64,000 nt of DNA from Candidatus Aenigmatarchaeota archaeon (GTDB lineage Archaea; Aenigmatarchaeota; Aenigmatarchaeia; QMZP01; QMZT01): the NCBI GenBank assembly GCA_026397315.1, contig JAPLVC010000002.1, positions 59,994 to 123,993 of the forward strand, given 5' to 3'. The position numbers and the translations under genes are program-made. Positions 39,127-46,931 of this stretch are shown here, one piece after another (position 1 is the stretch's first letter; each line of letters begins with the position of its first letter). A model generated the notes under the pieces. It was given only the letters and a program-made list of their open reading frames with translations. It had not been told where the DNA came from and did not search any database.

Positions 39127-39201
39127 ATGACGACAGTAAACGGCATTACCGAGAAGAGAACGCTGGCCAGAAATTTTAGTTCTTGCTGTTGTCGTTGTTA
39201 A
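39127..39201 (+). CDS. Leaderless polycysteine leader peptide 2 (MTTVNGITEKRTLARNFSSCCCRC; alternative ATG at 39121)
   Basis: TTTAAA at 39101, 26 nt before ATG; 4 Cys in the last 5 codons. Confidence 0.8.
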   Translation: MTTVNGITEKRTLARNFSSCCCRC

Positions 39202-39209
39202 TTTTGAGC

Positions 39210-39233
39210 ACTGGCTTTTTACACCGGTTTTTT
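39210..39233 (+). terminator. Weak hairpin plus T-tract after leader 2 (putative attenuator)
   Basis: ACTGG-ctttttaca-CCGGT-TTTTT; shares CACCGGTTT with the unit-1 element. Confidence 0.5.
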
Positions 39234-39263
39234 GGAAATTTAAAAAATTTTGGAGGTCATAAC

Positions 39264-39290
39264 ATGAAAAAGGGTGAACGACTCTGCTGA
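39264..39290 (+). CDS. Overlapping micro-ORF MKKGERLC occupying the SD of the cysteine synthase gene
   Basis: GGAGG at 39252-39256, 7 nt before this ATG; out of frame with cysteine synthase. Confidence 0.5.
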   Translation: MKKGERLC

Positions 39291-40203
39291 AGACGGAGCG
39301 AAAAGGACATACGACAATATACTGGACACGATAGGCAACACGCCGCTTGTGAGAATAAACAGGCTGAATCCTAACAAGAACGTGACCATATACGCGAAAT
39401 TCGAGGGCACCAACCCCACGGGCAGCATAAAGGACCGCATCGCCTTGAAAATGATAGAGCAGGCGGAGAGCGAAGGTGTGCTGGTTCCAGAAAAAACGAT
39501 AATAGAGCCCACGTCGGGCAACACGGGCATCGGCCTGGCGATGATAGGCGCGGTCAAGGGGTACGAAGTCGAGATAGTGATGAGCGAGGCGGTTTCTATA
39601 GAGCGCCAGAAAATGATACAGGCGTTCGGCGCAAAAATAACTTTGACTGAAGCCAAGCACGGCACGGACGGCGCCATAAGGAAAGCGAGGGAGCTTGTGG
39701 GCGCGAACCCTGAAAAATATTTCATGCCCGACCAGTTCTCGAACGAATACAACAGGATTGCCCATTATAAAACGACTGCGGAAGAGATATGGCGCGACGC
39801 TGGTGGCAAAATCGATTACATGGTTTCGGCCATCGGCACGTCAGGAACGATCATGGGCGTAGGCATGGGCCTGAAAGAGAAGAACAAAAACATAAAAATC
39901 ATCTGCGCCTATCCGCACAAAGGGCATTACATACAGGGACTGAAAAACATGGAGGAAGCGATGGTGCCGTCAATATACAGGCCGTCCGAAATCGACGAGA
40001 ACATAACGGTCGACAGCGAAGTCGCCTTCGAGTGGGCCCGGCGAATCGTGAAAGAAGAAGGCATATTCGTGGGCATGAGCAGCGGGGCCGCGATGTACGC
40101 GGCAGTCGAAGTCGCGAAGAAAATAAGCGGAGGCACGATAGTGGTGATATTTCCGGACAGGGGGGAAAAATACCTGAGCACAAAATTATTCAATGGCGGA
40201 TGA
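39274..40203 (+). CDS. Cysteine synthase (O-acetyl/O-phosphoserine sulfhydrylase, CysM/CysK family)
   Basis: IGNTPLV, NPTGSIKDR PLP lysine, EPTSGNTGIGLA, GTSGT, GMSSGAA, PDRGEKYLST. Confidence 0.95.
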   Translation: MNDSAEDGAKRTYDNILDTIGNTPLVRINRLNPNKNVTIYAKFEGTNPTGSIKDRIALKMIEQAESEGVLVPEKTIIEPTSGNTGIGLAMIGAVKGYEVEIVMSEAVSIERQKMIQAFGAKITLTEAKHGTDGAIRKARELVGANPEKYFMPDQFSNEYNRIAHYKTTAEEIWRDAGGKIDYMVSAIGTSGTIMGVGMGLKEKNKNIKIICAYPHKGHYIQGLKNMEEAMVPSIYRPSEIDENITVDSEVAFEWARRIVKEEGIFVGMSSGAAMYAAVEVAKKISGGTIVVIFPDRGEKYLSTKLFNGG

Positions 40204-40216
40204 TGAGAAGAAGAAA

Positions 40217-40358
40217 TGGACCGGTCGGGATTTGAACCCGAGGCCTCCACCAATTTGGAATTCGTAAGCCAGGAAGCGTAAGCTCCTGGTTTTCGATTAA
40301 GCCTTTTGAGTAAAAGGCTTATTGCCAAGGTGGCGATCTACCGCTGATCTACCGGCCC
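40217..40358 (-). tRNA. tRNA-Ala(GGC) with a 70-nt canonical 37/38 intron (40253-40322)
   Basis: GGGCCGG/CCGGTCC acceptor with G3-U70; CCACC-TTGGCA/T-GGTGG; BHB central helix TTGG/CCAA. Confidence 0.93.
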
Positions 40359-40420
40359 GCATATATCTTCTAGGGAGAATGGTTTAAATAAATTGATTTG
40401 AACCTGTCGGACAGAAATGT

Positions 40421-40639
40421 CTACTCTTTGGATTCCTTCGTGACGATGGTCGACTCGCTCTTGTTGGCCATCTGCTCGACTCGCTTCCTCAGCAGTTTCT
40501 CTATCTCGCCGGATATCGTGGTCTCGTTGAGAACGCAGAACGCCTTGAATTTCAGAAACAGGTCTTTGTCAACCTCTATGGTAGTCGTTATGGTCTCCGG
40601 TTTTTCCACTTTTTCCTGTCTTAGTTCCTCTGAAGACAT
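40421..40639 (-). CDS. Ribbon-helix-helix (CopG/ParG-like) small DNA-binding protein
   Basis: TTTIEVDKDLFLKFKAFC..TTISGEIEKLL beta-alpha-alpha pattern. Confidence 0.7.
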   Translation of the reverse strand: MSSEELRQEKVEKPETITTTIEVDKDLFLKFKAFCVLNETTISGEIEKLLRKRVEQMANKSESTIVTKESKE

Positions 40640-40789
40640 GGTAAATAAATACTTTCATGCTTTTTAAAGTTTTCTGCCTGGTCTGCTTAAATTTTTAAAT
40701 ATGTAGATATACAAATAGTTAAATATAATATATTAAGTTCATCAAAATGCGCTCAATGGGCGTGTTTTGCGTTTGTCGGGGGTGTGTGT

Positions 40790-41824
40790 ATGTGTCCAGA
40801 TGCGAGTGAAGTTTTTGATGCCTATCAGGCAAAGATAATGGTTTTTGGTTGCGGCGGCGGAGGAAGCAACACGATTACCAGGCTCACAGACATGAACATT
40901 CAGGGCGCGACGACGGTTGCGGTCAACACGGACGCGAAGCATCTCGCAGTCACGAAGGCCCACAAGAAGATTCTGATAGGGAAGGAGCTGACCAAAGGAA
41001 TGGGCGCGGGAGGCTTCCCTGACGTGGGAAGGAAAGCCGCGGAGGAATCGAAGGAAGCCATAAAAGCCGCGCTCATGGGATGTGACCTCCTGTTCATTTC
41101 GTGCGGCCTTGGCGGAGGAACTGGAACCGGAGCCGCTCCTGCCATAGCAAAGATGGCGAAAGAACTTGGCGCGATAGTCATCGCTCCAGTCACGCTGCCT
41201 TTCAAGATGGAAGGTGCGAGGATACGCAAGGCCGAGGACGGCCTCATGAAGCTACGCGATGCCTGCGACACTGTCATAGTCATCGAGAACCAGAAGCTTC
41301 TCGAGCTGGCTGGCAACAAGCCGCTCGGCGACGCTTTCGCGGTCGCGGACAACCTCATAGCGACGATGATAAAGGGCGTGACGGAAACGATTTCCCAGCC
41401 ATCGCTTGTCAATCTCGACTATGCAGACGTTAAAGCGATAATGCACTCTGGAGGCGTCGCGACGATAGGCGTGGGAATATCCGACACGAAGCACAGGGCG
41501 CAGGAAGCGATTGATAACGCTTTGAACCACCCGCTGCTCGACGTCGACTACGAGGGAGCAACAGGCGCGCTTATACAGATAATCGGCGGAGACGACCTCA
41601 CACTCGAAGAAGTAAGCCTTATCGGCGAGACCGTTTCGAAAAAGATGAATCCGGATGCGACAGTCATGTGGGGCGCGCGTGTCCTGCCTGAATTCAAAGG
41701 GAAGCTGCAGGTCATAACGATAATAACGGGCGTCAGTTCCCCGTACATCCTGGGCAGCAAGACCGAGGAGACGAAGAAAGTCGACAAGTTGTTCAGCAAG
41801 GACCTCGGCATCCAGATGTACTGA
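40790..41824 (+). CDS. ftsZ: Cell division GTPase FtsZ (FtsZ2-like)
   Basis: GCGGGGSN, NTD, GGGTGTG, ETISQPSLVNLDYADV. Confidence 0.96.
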   Translation: MCPDASEVFDAYQAKIMVFGCGGGGSNTITRLTDMNIQGATTVAVNTDAKHLAVTKAHKKILIGKELTKGMGAGGFPDVGRKAAEESKEAIKAALMGCDLLFISCGLGGGTGTGAAPAIAKMAKELGAIVIAPVTLPFKMEGARIRKAEDGLMKLRDACDTVIVIENQKLLELAGNKPLGDAFAVADNLIATMIKGVTETISQPSLVNLDYADVKAIMHSGGVATIGVGISDTKHRAQEAIDNALNHPLLDVDYEGATGALIQIIGGDDLTLEEVSLIGETVSKKMNPDATVMWGARVLPEFKGKLQVITIITGVSSPYILGSKTEETKKVDKLFSKDLGIQMY

Positions 41825-41832
41825 GCGGGCGG

Positions 41833-41890
41833 GCCGGAATGACATTTCCGGCATTTTTCCTTTTCTGACTTTTTCTAACTTTTTATTTTA
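41833..41890 (+). terminator. Hairpin plus T-rich terminator after ftsZ
   Basis: GCCGGAA-tgacat-TTCCGGC followed by several T tracts. Confidence 0.6.
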
Positions 41891-41932
41891 CCAAACCAAA
41901 CTATTCCTATCGAGATGCGTGGGGTGTGGGGT

Positions 41933-43417
41933 ATGTTCAGGACTTATCTTAATTACATAAACGGCAAATGGATGAAAGCGTCGTCAGGAAAGACGTTCAA
42001 AAAAATAAATCCGGCGACCGGCGAGACGATATTCGAATGCCAGGCAGGCAGCGAGCGCGACGTGGAGCAGGCCGTGCGCGCGGCGCAAGACGCTTTCGCT
42101 GACTGGAAGCTTCTGCCGCCGCCGCATAAGGGCGAGATATTATACAAGGCCGCGCACATACTCGAGCAGCGCAAAGAGGAGCTAGCGCCGTTGCTGACGA
42201 AAGAGAACGGCAAGAACATCGAGGAGGCGAGAGGCGAAGTTCAGGAAGCGATAGACATAACCAAATACGTCGCGGCCGAAGGCCGACGTCTTCTCGGAGA
42301 GACTACGACGTCAGAACTGCCGCACAAGTTCGCCATGTTCATACGCGAGCCGAAAGGCGTCTGCGGCATAATAACGCCCTGGAATTTCCCGATTGCGATA
42401 CCCGCATGGAAGATTCCCGCCGCGCTGATATGCGGCAACACGGTCGTTTTCAAGCCGTCCAGCGACGCGCCCGCGTGCGGCATAGAGCTGGTTAAGATTC
42501 TTGAAGAGGCTGGAGTCCCTCCAGGCGTGCTTAACATGGTCACGGGTTCTGGAGCAGCGGTTGGTGACGTCATAGCCAAGCACAAAGGCGTGGACCACCT
42601 CTCATTCACAGGTTCGACGGAAACAGGAACTCACATTTACACCGAGGGAGCAAAAAAGCTGGATTCGGTCGAGCTGGAGATGGGCGGCAAGAACCCGCAG
42701 ATCGTTCTGGCGGACGCTGATCTCGAACTGGCGGTGGACGGCGCGCTGTGGGGCGCTTTCGGCACGTCGGGACAGAGATGCACCGCGACTTCGAGAATAA
42801 TAGTTGAAAAACCAGTCGCTAAAGAGTTCACTGAGCGCCTGCTGAAGCGCGTGAAAAAGCTGCGCGTTGGCAACGGCCTCAAGAAAGGCGTGGTCATGGG
42901 ACCGATAATAAACGCGGCCCAGATGACCAAGATTCTAGGCTACATAGACAAGGGGCGCAAAGAGGGAGCGAAGCTGCTTTACGGCGGTCACAGGCTGAGC
43001 GACGCCGAACACAGCCGCGGCTTCTTTATCGCGCCGACCATTTTCACCCACGTCATGCCGGACATGACCATCGCGAAAGAGGAGATATTCGGCCCCGTGG
43101 TATGCATAATAGAAGCGAATGATTTCGAGCACGCGGTTAAGATAGCGAACGACGTCGAATACGGCTTGTCGTGGTCAATCTACACGAAGGACATCAACAG
43201 GGCCATGAAGGCCATGCGCCTCGCGGAGTCGGGTATAGTTTACATAAACGCTCCGACCATCGGAGCAGAAGTGCACCTGCCGTTCGGCGGCGTTAAAGGC
43301 ACTGGCAACGGCGGCAGGGAAGCGGGCACGGAGGCCATAAAAGAGTTCACGGAAATAAAGACGGTCTTCATCGACTACTCCGGCCACCTGCAGAAGGCGC
43401 AGATTGACGTCGATTAA
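41933..43417 (+). CDS. NAD(P)-dependent aldehyde dehydrogenase
   Basis: ITPWNFP, FTGS, LEMGGKN, GQRCTA, EEIFGP, PFGG. Confidence 0.95.
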   Translation: MFRTYLNYINGKWMKASSGKTFKKINPATGETIFECQAGSERDVEQAVRAAQDAFADWKLLPPPHKGEILYKAAHILEQRKEELAPLLTKENGKNIEEARGEVQEAIDITKYVAAEGRRLLGETTTSELPHKFAMFIREPKGVCGIITPWNFPIAIPAWKIPAALICGNTVVFKPSSDAPACGIELVKILEEAGVPPGVLNMVTGSGAAVGDVIAKHKGVDHLSFTGSTETGTHIYTEGAKKLDSVELEMGGKNPQIVLADADLELAVDGALWGAFGTSGQRCTATSRIIVEKPVAKEFTERLLKRVKKLRVGNGLKKGVVMGPIINAAQMTKILGYIDKGRKEGAKLLYGGHRLSDAEHSRGFFIAPTIFTHVMPDMTIAKEEIFGPVVCIIEANDFEHAVKIANDVEYGLSWSIYTKDINRAMKAMRLAESGIVYINAPTIGAEVHLPFGGVKGTGNGGREAGTEAIKEFTEIKTVFIDYSGHLQKAQIDVD

Positions 43418-43457
43418 GATAAATATCCGATAAGCGAAATAATATACAAGGTAAATT

Positions 43458-43709
43458 ATGGACGAAGAAAGCGAGCGGAAAAGGGCATTGTGGCTTCCAC
43501 TTGTGACGTGGGTTTTCGGAGTGATACTCATAACAGCATTGCTGTTCTTCTTTTACAAGTTTTCGCCAACCATAATAACCGCATACCTAGTCATAGTCTT
43601 CTCCGGCTTTTACATACTGTGGAGAAGCAGGAAGCGGGGCATAAAAACCGGGAAAAAGAAAAATGATAAAAGTAAAAAAGCTGTTTCTGTGCGCGGGAAG
43701 CGAAAGTGA
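43458..43709 (+). CDS. Small two-TM membrane protein with a basic tail
   Basis: Two hydrophobic helices; overlaps the next ORF. Confidence 0.6.
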   Translation: MDEESERKRALWLPLVTWVFGVILITALLFFFYKFSPTIITAYLVIVFSGFYILWRSRKRGIKTGKKKNDKSKKAVSVRGKRK

Positions 43710-44058
43710 AGGCGACTCGCTGGCATTCGAAATAAAGGACATCCTCGAAAGCAGGCTTAAGAATCACCGCTTCTGCGACTGCCGTGATTCGACGGAGATG
43801 GCAGGTTACCTGAGGAAGAATATCGAAGTCGTCATAATCGACGTTGTCAAAGGCCTGAAGAAAACACAGCTTTTCGACGGAGCAGACGCCTTTGCCAAAA
43901 CTCACAGCGCGACTGCACACGACCTCGATGCAGGCACCATGCTCAAGATATTCGAGGCCGCGGCCGGAAGGAAATACAGGATAATCGGCGTGCCTTTCGG
44001 CCATGAAAAGACGAAAGCTGCGCTGGAAGTCGAGAAAATCATTTCTTCTTTAGGTTGA
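43663..44058 (+). CDS. Divergent hydrogenase maturation protease-like protein (HycI/HybD fold)
   Basis: G....GDSLA, VVIIDVV and TAHD motifs; convergent with the hydrogenase large subunit. Confidence 0.7.
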   Translation: MIKVKKLFLCAGSESEGDSLAFEIKDILESRLKNHRFCDCRDSTEMAGYLRKNIEVVIIDVVKGLKKTQLFDGADAFAKTHSATAHDLDAGTMLKIFEAAAGRKYRIIGVPFGHEKTKAALEVEKIISSLG

Positions 44059-45328
44059 GCTCCAGGAAATGCGCGGAGCATGAGAAACAAGGATCATAAG
44101 CCCTTATCAGCATCTCTAACGAGAGTTTCACTTTACTTGCAGGCTTGCCGTGCATGGTAGGCAGGAAAATGGAGATGTCATCTTCCATTCTCGCCGCGTT
44201 CTGGGAAGTCGGTGTTATGACGTTCGCGTATTTTATCCTGCCGTCGCTGCCGATGCCGTAATGGTGGAACAGCAGCCCTCTCGGCGCTTCGCAGCATCCC
44301 ACGCCTTCGCCTTCCCTGGGAGTGACAGCGTATTTTTCCTGTTTCATCCCGTTCCTGTATTTCTCGAGTATGCTCTTCGCTTCGTCAGCGAAGTGGACCA
44401 TCTCTATCGCCTGCGCCATGTTATTGTGGAACGGGTTATTAGAAGGGAGCTTGAGACGCGATTTTTTCACCAGCGCCTTCGCGTCGTCCGAAAGTTTCGC
44501 GTAGTTGGCGTTCAGCCTAGGCAGCGCGCCCGTCATGTAGCTCATGCCGCGCAGTTTCGCGTGTTTCGAATTCGAATACTCCATGACGCCCTCGATAATG
44601 TTCTTTTTGTAGTCGCGCGGCCTGAAGATGATGCCGTCGTTAGAGGTTATCATGCCGTCATAAAGCGCGTATTCGTTTTTGTTTTTCATGCAAACGTGCC
44701 TGCTTCTCGCTTCCAGCTCCGGTACTTCCAAACCGGAGAACAGGCGGGCAGTCCTTAACGAAAGCCTCTTGACGCCTTCAAGCCTTTTTAGTAACGCGGC
44801 GATTTTTTTCTCATCCGGGACGGAGTGGAAGCCGCCTATCATCGGCGTCACGGGATGGAGCGCGCGGCCTCCGATTATTTTCACCATGTCGCTCGACATC
44901 TGCTGGAGGTCGAGAGCGAGATGTATGTATGCATGCTTCGCTTTCGATAGCTCTATTACGTCGCCGAAGCCCAGGTAGTCCGGCAGCGCGAAGAAGAAAA
45001 GGTGCGCCGTGTGGCTGTGTATGTTGCTGGCATAAAGCAGGAGCTTGCGCAGGTCGACAGTCTGTTCCGACGGGGTGAACTCGAGCGCATCCTCGACTGC
45101 CTTTATGGATGCGAGCGTGTGGACGACCGAGCATATGCCGCATATCTTCTGCGTTATGGCCGGCGCTTCCCTGTAGTCGCGGCCCAGCAACAGCGACTCG
45201 AAATATCTGGACGCTTCGTATACTTCTAGCTTAGTGTTTTTGACTACGTTGCCTTCCATCTCCACGCTGAGCTTCGCGTGGCCCTCGAGCTTCGTAAGTT
45301 CCTCCAGAGTGAATCCCTGATGGCTCAT
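44039..45328 (-). CDS. hydA: Group 3b [NiFe]-hydrogenase (sulfhydrogenase) large/alpha subunit
   Basis: KLEGH, KICGICSVVH (L1), EAPRG, DPCFSCSAH (L2) plus a cleavable C-terminal tail. Confidence 0.93.
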   Translation of the reverse strand: MSHQGFTLEELTKLEGHAKLSVEMEGNVVKNTKLEVYEASRYFESLLLGRDYREAPAITQKICGICSVVHTLASIKAVEDALEFTPSEQTVDLRKLLLYASNIHSHTAHLFFFALPDYLGFGDVIELSKAKHAYIHLALDLQQMSSDMVKIIGGRALHPVTPMIGGFHSVPDEKKIAALLKRLEGVKRLSLRTARLFSGLEVPELEARSRHVCMKNKNEYALYDGMITSNDGIIFRPRDYKKNIIEGVMEYSNSKHAKLRGMSYMTGALPRLNANYAKLSDDAKALVKKSRLKLPSNNPFHNNMAQAIEMVHFADEAKSILEKYRNGMKQEKYAVTPREGEGVGCCEAPRGLLFHHYGIGSDGRIKYANVITPTSQNAARMEDDISIFLPTMHGKPASKVKLSLEMLIRAYDPCFSCSAHFLELNLKKK

Positions 45329-46107
45329 CTTGCAACCTCATCCTTTACCTTTTCAAATTTTTCAGCAACGTTATTGTATTTGCTGAAAATCAGCTTAAGA
45401 TCGTCTTCGGTTATGCCGTGGTCTTTGAGCAGCTGGACTTCCGCACCGATGTTCCTATCCGGTAACGGGCCTCGACAGCCGTCGCATGGCGTCCTGCTTT
45501 CCGGGCACGGGGCGTTGCAGCCGGCGTATGTGACCGGGCCCATGCAGACTTTCCCTTCCTTGAACAAACATTTGGTCTCGCGCTTCTTGCATTCGACGCA
45601 GACGCAGTATTCCTTCTCGCTGGGTTTTTTACCCGTGAGCAGGTTCACTATCACTTCGAAAGCCTCGTCCTCGTTGACCGGGCAGCCGCGCATGTAATAG
45701 TCGACTTTCACGTGCCTGTCTATCGGGTCTACCGTGGCTCTCGATGTGAATTTAGGCTCCTGCGGATAAACAAGGCTTCTGTAGTTAACAGCCGAGTTCC
45801 TTAGCGCCGGCACGCCTCCCCAGCACGCGCACGTGCCGTATGCTATTAGGAACTTCGTGCGCTCCCGCACGCTTTTCAGCTCCTCGAGCTCGCGGTCAGT
45901 CGAGACCGCGCCGTCCATGAATACGACATCGTATTTGCCTCGTTTGTCGTTGAATTCCTTGAGCATCCAGAAATTCGTTATCTGCACGTTGTCGAAAACT
46001 GCGGTAATCCTTCTGTTCAGCAACAGGAACTCGAAAAAGCACCCTTTGCACGAAGTCATGCCGATGAACGCGACTTTGGCTTTGGTTTTCATGATTTCAC
46101 TTTTCAT
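45325..46107 (-). CDS. hydD: Group 3b hydrogenase small/delta subunit
   Basis: TSCKGC, GTCA..GG, GCP, VCVEC..C..CMGPVT.AGC.A.CP..CDGCRG; ATGA overlap with the gamma subunit. Confidence 0.92.
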   Translation of the reverse strand: MKSEIMKTKAKVAFIGMTSCKGCFFEFLLLNRRITAVFDNVQITNFWMLKEFNDKRGKYDVVFMDGAVSTDRELEELKSVRERTKFLIAYGTCACWGGVPALRNSAVNYRSLVYPQEPKFTSRATVDPIDRHVKVDYYMRGCPVNEDEAFEVIVNLLTGKKPSEKEYCVCVECKKRETKCLFKEGKVCMGPVTYAGCNAPCPESRTPCDGCRGPLPDRNIGAEVQLLKDHGITEDDLKLIFSKYNNVAEKFEKVKDEVAR

Positions 46108-46931
46108 TTCCATATTTTTTCGGTGAGTTCGTTGAGCTCGTCTTTCCTGAAGACGGGGCCGTCCATGCACACGTATTTCCTGCCTATGTTGCAATGGCCG
46201 CACTTGCCTATGCCGCACTGCATCATGCGCTCCAGTGAAAAATAAATATCGCCGTCTTTTATGCCCATCTTGTTGAATTCAACGTAGATGTCTTTCAGCA
46301 TCCTCGGCGGGCCGCAGCATATCGCCACGTCGGCCTTTATGCCGTGTTTCTCGAACATCGGCTCCACGTGGCCGACTTCTCCGTTCCATTTCATGTCACA
46401 CGTTTTCGTAACGGTTGCGATAGACTCGATGCCGTTCTTGCTCCACCTGTTCATCCTCGCGTTGAATATGGCATTCTCTGGGCAATGCGTCCCGTAGAGC
46501 AGCCACACCTTGCCGTATTCCTGCCTGTGCGCGATTATGTGCTCTACCACGGGCGATAAAGGAGCGATTCCGACGCCGCCGGCAACGACGACGATGTTCC
46601 TGCCCTTGAAGCTGTCCATGGGATACCAGTTGCCGTACGGACCTCGAATGCCTATAAGGCCGCCTTTTTTCATTTTGAACAACGCTTCAGTCACGCTGCC
46701 TGCCTTCTTGACCGTTACGTCGAAATTATGCTTCTCCAGCGGCGACGATGAAATGGATATCGGGACCTCGCCCACGCCGAATACCGCCACTTCCACGAAC
46801 TGCCCGGGCTGGAACTCGATTTTGTCTTTCTTGTTCCTGAGTCTGCAGCTGAAAGTGTAGATGTCGCTGCATTCCTTCTTCACCGCGGTTATCTCCGCTA
46901 TCTTCGGCTCGAAATCATTTTTTGCTCTCAT
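46104..46931 (-). CDS. hydG: Group 3b hydrogenase gamma subunit (FAD/NAD(P)-binding, 2Fe-2S)
   Basis: FQPGQF, GEVPISISS, RGPYGN, AGGVGIAP, CGPP, MQCGIGKCGHC..VCMDGPVF. Confidence 0.93.
   Translation of the reverse strand: MRAKNDFEPKIAEITAVKKECSDIYTFSCRLRNKKDKIEFQPGQFVEVAVFGVGEVPISISSSPLEKHNFDVTVKKAGSVTEALFKMKKGGLIGIRGPYGNWYPMDSFKGRNIVVVAGGVGIAPLSPVVEHIIAHRQEYGKVWLLYGTHCPENAIFNARMNRWSKNGIESIATVTKTCDMKWNGEVGHVEPMFEKHGIKADVAICCGPPRMLKDIYVEFNKMGIKDGDIYFSLERMMQCGIGKCGHCNIGRKYVCMDGPVFRKDELNELTEKIWK

Noticed and set aside
39264-39375. Selenocysteine or read-through of the TGA in MKKGERLC*
   Set aside because: Read-through stays out of the cysteine synthase frame and hits TAA within about 28 codons.
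44039-45328. [NiFeSe] hydrogenase
   Set aside because: L2 motif DPCFSC is all Cys; no in-frame TGA.
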